Assembly (NCBI GenBank): GCA_964187785.1
Contig: OZ076409.1
Span: 95,420,001 to 95,484,000 of the forward strand
Reading direction: 5' to 3'
DNA from: Amphiscolops sp. MND2022
Lineage: Eukaryota
Length of the DNA stretch: 64,000 nt
Position 1 is the first letter of the stretch. Every line of letters starts with the position of its first letter. The position numbers and the translations under genes are program-made. Shown piece by piece: positions 25,001 through 33,641 of the stretch. A model generated the notes under the pieces. The model was given only the letters and a program-made list of their open reading frames with translations. It was not told the origin of the DNA and made no database searches.

Positions 25001-28000
25001 ATTGAGGACTCCTGTCACCATGTTACGACTATTTACCGGGGTGATCTTATTAGTAGTCGCAGTGGATTTGGTTTTTATGGGTGTTGATGTTGCATTTTCC
25101 GGGATGTCCTCGGGATCGGAATCAGTTTCTTCAGAAGCTCTAACCAGGGTTTGTTTTTTAGTTACCGGAGCTATCAGTTTTAGCATTTCTTTCTGGTTCT
25201 CAGCTAAGATTTTAGTAAGATCAGTCATTATCTCTTTTCTTAGAGCCGACTTAATATTTTCTAAGTTTTCAGAAATGACTTTAGGAGATTTGCTTGTTCC
25301 CGCTACGGGATTCTCGCTCAGACTAATTTCTGGTACTGGTGTTTCGATTTCAGTAGAGACTAATTCTTCAACTGCTTTTCTTTTCTGGCTTCTAGTAGTC
25401 ATCTTTGGAAGTTTATGATAGAGAAGTCTTCGGAAATGTGTTAATTCGTCGAAGAAGCAAGTTTTATTGTATCAACAGAGCAAATTGATTAATTGGGAAA
25501 CAAAAGATTGATTAAACTTTTCAAAGTATCTACAACTATATATACCTTCTCAGGATCATTTGTTCCTCACCTAAAAATTCCTAGGAATCCTAAAAATCCG
25601 TTTTGTTCATAAAAATTACTTAGTCATCCTTATCATTTCAACCCTTTAACTAGTTGTTCATATTTTAAAATTCCTAGTCACGTTCCTTTCGCGGAGTACT
25701 TGTTGAATTCATTTTTTGTTCACCATCCTCATTTCCGGTTTAATCTCAAAAGAGCGGCAAAATAAATGTCTAGTTAAACTTCCATCACGAAAGGCACGCG
25801 GGCATGAACAATGATTCATCTTATGAGCGGCAAAATTTTCAACTTGCAGCGAAAGAGTGACAAGCAAAATTCGTCACGGAAATATTTCGGTGAAGTTTTT
25901 GGATTACTGAAATCAAATGTTTGATAAGGAACAAATGATACCGAGAAAGTGACAAATACGAACTGAAATTTGGTTATTATAAACCAGAAATTGGCAACGA
26001 TAAATCTGCGTGATTTTTACATGATACTATCAAACATGGTTACAAAATAACAAACAACATGGAAAGCAACAACATTTTAAGACGTACTGAGTACGTAAAT
26101 CATTTTCTTAAAAGTAAGAAAAGCACCTTCCATTAAGAAATTCACTTTTGCCTTGGTCCTACAGCACGAACGTTTAGATTGCTTAAAGAACAGAGGAAAT
26201 CGGGAGGAAATAATTGAATCCTACAATATTTTGGTTGTCCTAACAAAATTCTACGTACTCCAAGGAATGTCTTGATATACTGTATTAGTCCCTAAGTCTC
26301 AGATTTTTCCACAGTTATTTTGCATGTATTAACATTAAGTATAGTTTTGCCGAGTTACAATCTTTCCCGTAGATGTCACGTACGTATTAAGATTAGCTAT
26401 AGTTTCCTTAGCTTACAATTCGTCCCGTAGATGCTACGTACGTATTAAGATTAACTTGGCAGCTAGCGAAGCTAGAGCGGAGCAATTCGCCATCTTTAAA
26501 TTCATTCTTAATGACGTCATTAGAATGGTCCTTACTAGCTCGAGCGCAAACATGCCGTCCTTAGCAGCGACGCTATTGGTTCGTTACATTAGGAATACCA
26601 GCAACTTGTTTATCTGATTGACGTTGCCATAGCGTTGTGAAGGTTTATTCAAATTACTTGACTGTAATTTGAGTGGCATTTAACAACTACTTCAGACTTT
26701 GGAAACAAGTCTATTAAATTCTCTCTGTATTTTCCTTATTTTAGATCGTATGCATTCCGTTGGGACCACGGAATTAACTAATGTTTTCATTTCAGTGTGG
26801 AGAGGACAAAAATTGATCCCAGTGTTATGAATGTTTCTTTTTAGTATTTAGATTGTCATGGATTTTTCAGAAACAAAACCGGATGTAGTAAAGTGATTAC
26901 ATGTGAAAACTTTAAATCGGAAATCCTATTTTGCTCAAGATCATTTTTGGATATTTCACGTTGCGCTTCCGTTAATCCTTAGTTCGTGCTGTAGTTTAGA
27001 CAAGGTAAGTTCAGTATTTTACTTAGCTTTGCTTAGGCCTTCCGTGCCCTCTCCCCCTTTTGAATCCCTGCACGCCACTGCAGCAAGAATAATCCCGACC
27101 GGGAGCGGGTCGTGACAGTCATACATAGGTGATTTTGGTCTAGGAGATATTAACCTAGAAGATTTTGACATGTAACCAGGATTTCAACACAATGATGGAC
27201 AATGATGTGCATTTAAACTTTTCTTGAAATTTAAATTTGAACATAAATTGAAAATTCTTAAAGGAAAAATTTAATTGAATTGTTTGATTCTTAAAACTTC
27301 GACAAAAAACTTCGTCTCTCTGTGAAATACGAGATTTTCAAAAGTGTCTTTCAGCAATTGCTTGCGAGACTTTCTCGATACTGATAACTGCTACTTGGGA
27401 AAGTCGAACTGTATTCCGACACTCGAATTTACCCTGATTCATTGTCGAGTTACGCTTCTAAAATTTGTGAAAAAGAATATATCTTCAGTATTAAAATTTA
27501 AGTTGGCCATTTAAATTGCTCCATTTAAAGGGTGCCTTTCAAAATCAATCGAAAGTTAGAGGATAATTTATATAAGTTTTAATTCCAATATTTAAACTTT
27601 CATCACTGGTGATGGATTCCAAAGAAAAGATAAAGAGAAAAGACTCACTTGCTGTAGAAGACGTTTGGTACTGCGCTTTTGATAACAATGAAAGGCACTG
27701 GAAGTTGTCGGAACGAAGCATCTGAAGAATGAAAAAAAAACAGAATGACGGAAATTGTTTTGAACCCTAACAAGCACAGTAGAATCGAATGTTAGGCGCG
27801 TTCAGTTCGGAGGAGCTGAAGAATATTGAAATAGTAGCTACTAGTGTTTGCTCGCATGTAACACAACATGGAATTCCATACAATAATTTCATGCCGTTTC
27901 CATGCATCGAAACGCATGGAACCAACCATATGGTTCATTGTATTGAATCATATGATACCTTGAGTGAGGCAAATAATTTGACAAATTATTTTGAACACGT

Positions 28001-28495
28001 AAAATCATCACAAAAACGAGACAAAATTATCACGAAATTTCAAAAATGCCAATTTTTTGAACGTTTCTTTTTTCAGAAGGAAAACACGGAAATACCGGTT
28101 GAAATTCAAGTTAGTTTATAAACTGTGAGTTCAGGTACGTTGTGAGAAAAAAATTGGACTATGAAATTTTCAAAAAAATTCTCTATTGTATTTCGCGAAA
28201 GTATTCTAACAGGCTTCGTCAGTTCTGGGGGGACTGATTGATTGCAAATCGGGGATAGAAGTCCGGTTGAAAATCATCACTAGCTGAACACCTTGCGCAC
28301 TCAAAAGAGGCACCTGAAAAACATTTCTTTATTTCCTTATAAGGGCATTTACAAAAGTAACAGTTAGCAAGAGAATGAACTTGTTACCGTTTCGAGTGGC
28401 ATTGAATGCCCACAAAGGAGGATAGTTGGCTGTCTTCGTTTGATCATGAGATGGAAGCCCAGATTTTGACATGACCCAATATCTTCGAGCCCGCC
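1001..28495 (-). CDS. Host multi-exon gene (partial): M28B peptidase family (GCPII/NAALADase/TfR-like), catalytically degenerate, NAALADL2-like
   Basis: GT-AG exons on the minus strand: 28495-28388, 28313-28211, 27721-27649, (27457-27433), (10718-10658), 10226-10171, 9336-9241, 8085-7948, 4884-4817, 3194-3103, 2597-2501, 1178-1001. The exons from 10718 to 1001 join in phase. Translation is colinear with GCPII: GGLEDIG..VPLLSAQGVQLVMIF (PA domain), PIIKAYIKGTLVEEELIVV, GWEPLRTIIFVLWNG, FVDLTNPIEG, TLYDRW, DPILPFNVLDV. The 5' and 3' exons were not located. Confidence 0.85.
3244..3795 (+). mobile_element. HINE-like element, same family
   Basis: TTTTTAGTCGGC...CCGACT at the 5' end; AGATATAGCGCCGACTTTGG..TTGTT at the 3' end, with the hairpin partly deleted. 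Confidence 0.65.
3955..4294 (+). mobile_element. HINE-like element, 3' part
   Basis: Family core plus the end TTGAGCCTTAGATATGGCACCGACTTATGCCGTTGCGGGCTTGTT. The left boundary is approximate. Confidence 0.6.
4433..4505 (+). pseudogene. Degenerate tRNA-like sequence (tRNA pseudogene or SINE head)
   Basis: A-box-like TGACCTAGTGG, anticodon-arm-like GC-TTCCCAA-GC and B-box-like GTTTGAATC at tRNA spacing. The acceptor stem pairs poorly. Confidence 0.4.
5250..7493 (-). mobile_element. Solo LTR (2244 bp) of a diverged subfamily of the Gypsy element
   Basis: Termini TGTTACGAC...GCGGGTTGTGACA match the full-element LTR termini. 5-bp TSD ATATT (5245-5249 and 7494-7498). It carries a degraded Gag N-terminus (MSTTRSQKR..., SQKEMLKLL). 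Confidence 0.9.
8563..9193. mobile_element. Mutator-like foldback MITE with long, internally repetitive TIRs
   Basis: TIRs GGTGTCAAGACATTTC / GAAATGTCATGTCACC extend about 130 bp as ATTTCAACC repeats. 9-bp TSD TTTTTGCTG / TTTATGCTG with one mismatch. Confidence 0.75.
8924..9087. mobile_element. pogo/Tigger-type MITE nested in the MULE-like MITE
   Basis: TIRs CAGTAAACCCTCGATTATCCGCC / GGCGGATATTCGAGTGTTTACTG. TA on the left, TT on the right. The opposite arm of the host MITE shows the empty site. Confidence 0.8.
9697..10003. repeat. Small hairpin-ended element (probable non-autonomous transposon)
   Basis: CACTATGTCCCCCCT at 9729 and 9955. The second copy forms a hairpin with AGGGGGGGATATAGTGAAA (9952-9997). 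Confidence 0.4.
11183..13279 (-). repeat. 3' LTR
   Basis: Same length as 25021-27117 and nearly identical to it; about 7 substitutions seen by eye. Confidence 0.97.
13185..13895 (-). CDS. Accessory ORF3 (236 aa from the first ATG), S/T/E/P-rich, reading through the PPT into U3
   Basis: Uninterrupted ORF 13997-13185 with first ATG at 13895. The last about 31 codons lie in the LTR and are conserved in frame in both solo LTRs. Confidence 0.7.
   Translation of the reverse strand: MESFHQRTIIDISSDEEATPLQQSTPIKYYPLNVVQALNLSEESTTAKMGSESSMDITASTFESGPSPYKRITFSATRDEEREEFSVERPPITNSESSFYEELESSDEMPRLTPAPTLREVTNTFQEDYVPPPKTTKLNDLEEPSEKELEDIWGLKPNEDDFYSLAGRGSSFTSKKLQRNIRQSVTVVKELPHCSGLPAFRARGALSRPAPGRDYSCCSGVQGFKRGRGHGRPKQS
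13280..13290 (-). promoter_or_regulatory. Polypurine tract
   Basis: Minus strand AGAGGGGCCC lies immediately before the TGTCACGAC start of the 3' LTR. Confidence 0.6.
13998..14150. promoter_or_regulatory. Putative internal divergent promoter
   Basis: Lies between head-to-head ORF3 and the antisense gene. Two ATTGGTT (CCAAT) boxes near 14002 and 14074, and a CRE-type palindrome ATGACGTCAT at 14139-14148. Confidence 0.45.
14462..18589 (+). CDS. Spliced antisense cargo gene, about 1070 aa: BED-like zinc finger plus catalytically dead hAT-transposase-like protein
   Basis: Exons 14462-14588, 14701-15006, 15081-15194, 15362-15484, 15605-16182, 16318-16938, 17083-17164, 17328-18589 total 3213 nt (1071 codons). 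All seven introns are GT-AG with matching phases 1,1,1,1,0,0,1. Motifs: CRVC-x16-H-x5-H; SRSETVSFLCQGLAP..YGVQFEKS; YVLCWD; LIELWPSI; DSLIVHRFGFL; DFRVKCRECI..RGLYSFCP. Confidence 0.88.
18783..23999 (-). CDS. pol: Pol polyprotein (protease, dUTPase-like remnant, RT, RNase H, integrase), made by -1 frameshift from gag
   Basis: LVDSGA, YVDD, TDAS/EFLAI/TDN, H-x4-H...CPDC zinc finger and D/D/E (EVDIL, TDKGSQF, ILERTH). The frame is open from the slippery site through the ATG at 23903. Confidence 0.97.
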   Translation of the reverse strand, partial: KKLKTPRLRFGETVDARAYTIEDPPNHYEEDFMTECNEEPTQDWQRRWNVGMILRHNARHPEDPTPLPQWITESPDNYATLKRPLPESKTERIYIYDKDYRCDPWGEPAIYDTNKLSFKIQVSNPQAQVTESTTLPTPLSPILKKTTQSSPTPVTTTSTPIDAENIICIEDKTIWSQQAKEQRGVADQIVSPPTTASEWPNQNNNHEDDEVTECPQQLPYDLNIIKEFIQHDKDDDYIPLMSAITLKKKKRMLFIPLDFENTRIDALVDSGAYINVISERDADKIQTEANATIIAKAPPPPFKIQYANTELEKARATYTMQFKIGDYAFEETFIIMTKTSYPIIGLAFLRKHSAILDTAQGTIDFPKIQITLALKDERQKCNPKPITIKTEEKHTIPAQATRIIHASITTSNDHSITGTVQPLPQFDENAKLIVAPAITTARDKRVAIKIANTTDFPYTITPHTKLAELQILKPEETKLIRAVDIAALNLLTEHDDAVAYVNALMQVDSSEQTEEKFWFPTPENPRDESEHTPIQQRILRELRELQRLEELDPKQDEKSRTQFLSLFKWNDSLITGEDRENLESTLVEFNDIFARHRLDIGMNNQFKVCLTPKNDKPVYTQSLPVPINLKDDLTVELALMHKYGIITTLPFSKYASPIFAQRKPNGKLRLLVDLRKINALISDDYINNNHPISTLSDAAQHLAGKQLFCKLDCSQAYHCLQMADQRSVELLAFNFASRTFAYRRLAQGLSRALSAFSSFMREYLDTVIKADQCAQYVDDIGIAANTTEQLIKNIRAVFKCIRKAGLKLTIEKCHFGVTQIEFLGRTITPHGVAPQEHKITNFLSKIRFPRSKKQIQKYIRFINYYRNYIPRLSEKMIGMYELLKADAKITISEELVNNFKAINASLVEACGLALRQPVAGKEYVLMTDASFRASGYALMIEENDDKKLLSKRKTFPPVAFGSRVFSPSQLKMSIYCKEFLAIYHAFLEYSHILWETTLPTLVLTDNRSVTRFFQTKTTPPALWNACDYVLQFKFRIMHVAGSQNTAADFLSRLELTPKERIQLKLRDDIITAPIEVNLQSTDVADEEQLFFLPDEEEESEQEIFARKALSKQRAIDEKEQQNLTTEVTETVHIPLNSAVYAFGAIKENARIRNEQDADPILKALKLRLLHEEYDKHLLKTEPRGRNLLRHEERIIVKDGVLMRKYYGEDGTVTHHHILIPKHIVPELLSTLHGKMNKHPGITKMIQESRAKYYYPGLARKIRAWVINCPDCIANKRIDTRQIRPKMLSNTEFTFGPEDCLEVDILPNLPSSNGYNHIITMMDVFSRYLFAYPTQDMTARTVGRCIIDVMTRHCYLPTVILTDKGSQFRSDVVNQIAQTLDIRISHASTKHAQTIGILERTHASLRTSLKISTGERRSMWHKYVQIAVMNYNTSYHESLGCEPTTVFHGRIPYNILDIKLGLKPEWNKDANEDLTDELQKQIAEIHQSAKDNLMQSYLKYKRYYDKKATATPLKINDYCYVLNPKADNQSIKFAFKDCIWTGPYIVVKVLSNNNYVVRRTGTRYTQTLHRIRLRLYAPNQRVPDVTVKVEDQLPDPEVKTTHDDWYAQAWETEFGEVLFGTPTENDNEEATITEVQTEDGDTTDHKTVTTTADENTMMDKTSSGDNTSLNLDVSDNPFIMTPPPTESPPIPPTLPPIVVGYNPRKTGRYNLRPNPRPNAHPDFRMLDAITTEENSQPQN
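23944..23999 (-). promoter_or_regulatory. -1 ribosomal frameshift signal
   Basis: A_AAA_AAC (23999-23993) lies directly before the gag stop and is followed by a GC-rich hairpin ACGCC-GCGCCT-CCG...CGG-T-AGACGCG-A-GGGCGT. Pol is in the -1 frame. Confidence 0.85.
23990..25402 (-). CDS. gag: Gag (470 aa) with two zinc knuckles
   Basis: LPVFDGK..F..FEDLF capsid-type motif, CSHCGKQGHYKAQC and CDTCGKLHKTENC. The ORF starts inside the 5' LTR. Confidence 0.95.
   Translation of the reverse strand: MTTRSQKRKAVEELVSTEIETPVPEISLSENPVAGTSKSPKVISENLENIKSALRKEIMTDLTKILAENQKEMLKLIAPVTKKQTLVRASEETDSDPEDIPENATSTPIKTKSTATTNKITPVNSRNMVTGVLNDSTNLGKKKTRPHRPQSLPPNERPSTSRLLFAPQPEIHQPPHLPPMPKALTASLPVFDGKSEKFELFEDLFRNNIKMYPHLTEIQKINYFHSLLRGNALQAYCNLDDAKKDNLEEVITAFKRRFGDFQSSAKARCEWDSLHFDPTKQKLHEFLDTLQKTAKEAFGSEAQKFIDKAIYAKMPDHVKKILNRAYLEDKPYNDIVLHLEREMRLNGLGAPDETTLVPLNTVDVVPPEPKKELTQRGSCSHCGKQGHYKAQCRKLRKDRYYETKAQNGVPKTIEPPKPKCDTCGKLHKTENCWYGANAANDPRKKRHEFTIPTNQISEQPIPTVEIQPKN
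25008..25020 (-). promoter_or_regulatory. Primer binding site (probably tRNA-Leu)
   Basis: TGGTGACAGGAGT abuts the 5' LTR end. It is one mismatch from the complement of the common metazoan tRNA-Leu 3' end (TGGTGTCAGGAGT). Confidence 0.75.
25021..27117 (-). repeat. 5' LTR
   Basis: Direct repeat of 11183-13279, followed by the PBS on the minus strand. Confidence 0.97.
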
Positions 28496-28814
28496 CTAAA
28501 CGAATTAGTCAGGTAGCTTGTTGTATTTCACAGTCAGAGGAGTAGTGGCACTGTGATATTTTTTGTTAAAAGACGTGAAGCTTAATGTAAAGAATTGAAA
28601 AGATGCAGAGGATAGATAATGTATTTCTGACTAAATTCAAGTATTGTAATAACGCTGTTTGTAATCTACAATAGTGTAAGAAAAAAACTGAACCCTTATT
28701 CGTAAGAAATTAGGAAGTTTCTTCATTATATGCAAACAAAAATTTTTAAATGCCCAAGAAGTTTTGTGTTGTTCCAATTCTTTTTTCACAAATAAAGGTT
28801 CAGTTCATTTCTTA

Positions 28815-28957
28815 GGTGTGTGTTCACTTCACCCCATATCATTTCACCCACATTCATTTACCCCCAGGTTCATTTCACTCCATATCATTTCAACCCATAT
28901 CAATTCACCCCATATCATTTCACATCACATTATTTCCACCCCACGTTCATTCCACCC
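28815..28957. repeat. About 15-bp tandem repeat (CATTTCACCCCATAT), probably the arm of a foldback element, interrupted by a solo LTR
   Basis: The repeat resumes at 31094-31135, after the LTR. Confidence 0.65.
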
Positions 28958-31093
28958 TGTCACGACCCGCTCCCGGTCGGGACTTCACTTGCTGTGGAGG
29001 AATACCGCAATTCACGCGAGGAAAAGGACACGGCAGAGCTACACAACATTAAGTAAACTCTATTTAATGCCTTACCTTTTATCCAAACAGCAGCACGAAT
29101 TAAGTTTAACGGAAGCGCAACGTAAATTATTCAAAAATGATTTAGACAAAAAGAAAATTTCCGGTTTAATGATTTCAAATGCAATCGTTTCATCACTTCC
29201 GGTTTCGACTGATGAAAATTCCATGCCAATCTAAATACTAAAAAGGAAACATCCTTAACACTGGGATCAATTTTTCTTTTCTCCACACTAAAATGAAAAC
29301 ACTAAAACAATATTTAATTCCGTGATCCCAACGGAACACATACGATCTAAAATGAAAGAACATACAAAGAGAATGGTGGAATTGTTTTCCAATGATTGAT
29401 CAGTTGTGAATATCCACTTAAGAATGCAGTTAAGCAACTTAAGAGAATATTTACAACGTAATGACAACGTCACTAAGCTTGATTGAAAAGTAGATGTTTC
29501 TATTTTTACGGACCAATAGCGTCGCCTTTCACCATCCCTAGTTACCATAGCAACGCCAATTGAGCGAGAGAATAAGAATGAATTTGTTAACGCTGTCCGC
29601 TCTGTCTCCGCAAGCAAGCACTGCTCAACTATACCTAATCTTAATACGTACGGAGCGATTACGGAGCAAATTGTAATGCGAAGAAGCTATACCCAATCTT
29701 AATACATAGGGAGCATTTACGGAGCGTTTACGGAGTGAATTGTAATAGGTGAAGTTATACCTAATGTTAATACATGTAAGACAAGCGTGGAAAATTCTAA
29801 AACACAGAAGCTATCCAAATACATTAGGATGTTCCTGAGGTCATGTAGAATTATTCCGAGATATTTAAATTATCATAAGGTGTTACTTTTTCCACCCGGA
29901 TTTTCTCCGTTTTAGTGATCGATCAAAAAGTTCGTGCTGTTAATTAGGATAAAAGTGAATCCTTACAAAAGGGTGCTTCTTCCTATTCTGTAGAAGAATA
30001 TTTTGTGTATTAATCACGTTGTAGAAACGTTGCTTTCGTGCATATGCTATTTAATTGTTGCATTTGTCAGTGTTAACTAACTCAATTCATGTAAAGTTAG
30101 ATAGATTATTGTTGGTTGTTTTCTGATTTACAATAATCAGGTTTTTTAGTTCGTATTCATCACTTTTCCAGCATCATTTGTTCCTTCTCAAATATCTCAG
30201 TTTATCAATCCGAAATTCGCCCGAGATATCTCCGCTCCGAGATAACAAATTTCGCTTGTCATTTCTTTTATCGCAAGCTGAAAGTTTACCGCTCGTAAAG
30301 TGAATCATCGTTCATGCCCGCGTGCTTTCCGCGATAAAGTTTCAACTAGACATTTGTTTTGCCGCCTTTTTCCGAGATCAAACCGGAAATGATGTTAATG
30401 AACAAAAATGATTTCAACAAGTACTCCGTAAGGGACCCGTGACTAGGAATTTTAAATCATGAACAATTAATAAAAGGGTTGAAATAATAAAGATGATTAA
30501 GCATTTTTGTTGAACAAAACCGATTTTAAGGATTCCTAGGAATTTTTAGGTGAGGAACAAATGATGCTGTGAAAGTATATATACCTAGGGATTTGTAAAA
30601 TAAGTTAATCTGTTTCCTAATCTACTCCGTTAATACTTCGTTTTGAAAACCATATTTCTTTGAAGAATTCAAATTTTCCAAAGAACAATCACTCTCTCGC
30701 TCTGTCTAAAAATGACTACTAGAAGCCAAAAGAGAAAAGCTATTGAAGAACTAGTTTCTACTGAAATGGAGACCCCAATACCTGAGACTAACCAAAACTT
30801 AAATCCCGTAGCAGGGACGAGTAAATCTCCTAGAGTAGTCACTGAAAATCTAGAGGAAATCAAGTCTTCACTAAGAAAAGAGATCATGTCTGATCTTACC
30901 AAAATCTTAGCTGAAAATCAAAAGGAGATGCTAAAACTAATAGTTGCTCCTGTTAAAAAACAAACTGTCATAGCTACTACTGAAGAAACAGATTCTGAAT
31001 CCGAAAATATCCCGGAAAATGCAACTTCGACACCAATCAAAAATAAAACCACTGCGACTAATCGAAAAATCACCCCGATAAATAGTCGTAACA
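28958..31093 (+). mobile_element. Solo LTR (2136 bp), sister subfamily
   Basis: Termini TGTCACGACCCGCTCCCGG...TAGTCGTAACA, 5-bp TSD CACCC, and an intact Gag N-terminal ORF from 30712 (MTTRSQKRKAIEELVS). Confidence 0.93.
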
Positions 31094-32379
31094 CACCCCA
31101 CGTTCATTTCACCCCACTTTCATTTCACGCCATATTGTAATTATACGAAAGCGTCTCATCTTAATTAACCAATTAACGATTAAACTTTGATGTCTACTGA
31201 TTTTGCGTTAGCTTTGATTTGATTGTGTTTCTTGCCTGTAGGAATTTTTTCTTGCCGTAGGAAAACGGAAAAGGAAATTTTTCGCTTAAGATTCGCAGCA
31301 TCCATAATTGAAGATTTTGATTCATAGAAAAAATTCAGCGCTTTGTTCAGAAATATTATGATTCCGATAAGTGAAACTTTTCGATCCGATTTTCTGGTTC
31401 ACATAGCGAGCATCGTTTGTTAATCTAACTGATAATTAAATTCAAGAGGCTTTTCAATTAGCGCTAAGATTGAAATTGGGTGGCATATAGTTTAAAAATC
31501 TTTCTACCAAAAAGAAGCTGCGAATATCTCTTCCAAAATATCTACTGGATATCGCGTTTAGTCGTTGACGAATGCTTACACCAATCCAGGCCATGAAGTC
31601 ACTCAGTTTCACTTTTTCCATTACTTTGGGTCATTCCGGCGTTTTTCCCCACCAAGAAAACTTCAATTTTTTTTAGAAAACTTGCTGTAGAGCTAGTTAA
31701 TTTTCGTTGAAGCCTTTTGAATAATATTCAACAAGTGGTCGAAACAAAGGAAGTTTACGTTCCCGAAAAATTTGTAGTAATTTTGAGAATATTTCTTCCG
31801 ATTTCTTGCTGAAACGCGTACCAATAGCTAAATTTTTCAACGCTGAGCCTATGAAATTTAGATTTGAAAAAAATTTTGAATTTTGTCAAACATTGGTAGT
31901 ATTTGTCAACAATTGGAAACTTTTTGTCAAAATCGAGGAACCTTATCAATTTTTTCTCCCAATAGCGTTTTAATTAGGCTATTGTTTCAACGTTCACGTT
32001 AAAAGAACTTCTAACTTATAAACTTGTTTTTGAAATGAACAAAAACTTAGACAACATTGTCGAAAAAGTGCTTGGTGTGTTGTTGAGGCTTATTCTAGCA
32101 AGAAAGTGCAGTTGTATCTTCAAAACGCCTACTGGATACCAAGAGTAGTTATTGTTGAGTGTTTAAACCATTGTTAATCACGAAATTGCTCAATCTTTTC
32201 ACAAAAACGTTTTAATTCTTCGACCAGTTTGGTTTATTCTGAAACTTTTTTCAAGCCAGAAAACTACGAAAACTGCAAAATTCCTCTTTTGAAAAGGTAT
32301 CGCCACCCTGGTTTTATTGTCTGGAGTACTTTGAAGATTTTCATTACAGCAACTTTTAGTCAGCGGTTTCAAATTTTGC

Positions 32380-32507
32380 TGTCTGACGAAAAAAAAAAGA
32401 AAAAAACAAGTCACTGTAATAGTCGGGAATTTTCTTAAGGAAGTTCCTTAAGAAAAGTTCCCGACTATTACGGTGACTAGTTTTTTTTTTCTTTTTTTCG
32501 TCAGACA
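32380..32507. repeat. 128-bp near-perfect palindrome made of two HINE end segments
   Basis: TGTCTGACG..GTCACTGTAATAGTCGGGAATTTTCTTAAGGAA-G-TTCCTTAAGAAAAGTTCCCGACTATTACGGTGAC..CGTCAGACA. Confidence 0.85.
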
Positions 32508-33641
32508 ACAAAACTCACCATGTAAGTATCACTCATAGAATACATTGAAAATATCGAAAACAGTAAGTTTTTGATTTTTTCAACTTTTTTTTGGTCAATT
32601 TGAAACAATTTCTTCCTTAAATCCGCAAGTATCTCTTCATAAAAGCCCATTGAAGAGCGAGTGCAATCGTTTTTGAACCTGTTCAGCATTCTATCCCACG
32701 AAACGTTTCAAAACTTCGATTTAATTTGCAAAAAAACGTTAATTATTGTTTTTTCTGGTGTTTCGACTTATTGAGAGTCATTCTGGAGTGTTTTAGATGC
32801 CAAACATGGCAACTTTCTCTCGAAAAACGCAGAGTGCATTGCTAGTTCTTATGTCTTTACCGCTTTGAACTTTGCCCATGAAAACATTCAGATATTGTAC
32901 ACAAATTGCAAGAAAAACGACAATTTTAAATTTTCCTTCCTTGGCGTTAATCAACCAAAACATTTGGAAGATAAAAGTTCGTGCGACTGTGGCAAACGTC
33001 TCATGACTATATGTGCGGATGTGTCATCTAGTGTTTTATTTTATAATTATCAACTTTAATCTAATTCAATATAATTATTGCACTCTTCGACAAAGTTGGT
33101 TTTTTATCGGAAACCAACGTTAAAAAAGACACACCTACACAATCTTCGTATAAAATTTGACGCAGATAATCATTGTTTGCGGAGAAAAGTCTGACTTGTG
33201 TCATTGCAACTTTTCAAACAGAAAATTTTGAGCGCTGGAATAGTCAAAAGAAACTTTTTTATTAATGAATTTTGAAATTCTCCAGACTTGGTACACTCTC
33301 AAACTTACATCGTGGAATTTTACATTTGATTTTTCAGTTGCGTTAGTTGAACATCTGTTGACATGTATTAAACTGAACTTTGCTATTAATTGGAGTAACT
33401 ACCGTTTGTTAAAAGTTTCTTAATACGACCTCTCCGTTCGTGTAAGCTAATTTTAAACCTTCCAGTGCTGTTGCGACATTCATTTTTCTCACATTTCGAC
33501 ACTCAATATGAGTTTACTATGCTTACTATTTTACTGATTTTTCAACTCGGAAACAAAACTTTTGAAAAAGTTTGAATTACAATCAATTAGATCAAATAAA
33601 AAGCTAAGTTACAACATGATAGCGTTATGAAAATCAAATTG

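Larger units (their letters stand above)
11183..27117 (-). mobile_element. Complete Ty3/Gypsy LTR retrotransposon (15,935 bp) with a 5.5-kb accessory region
   Basis: Two 2097-bp LTRs with TG..CA ends, GTCAT TSD (11178-11182 and 27118-27122), PBS, PPT, and intact gag and pol in PR-RT-RH-IN order. Confidence 0.97.

Noticed and set aside
18814..25418. Plus-strand ORFs overlapping gag and pol
   Set aside because: Antisense shadows of the long coding frames, with no motifs.
32500..33030. Further upstream exons of the peptidase-like gene
   Set aside because: Donor-like sites exist, but no phase-consistent, homologous translation could be established.
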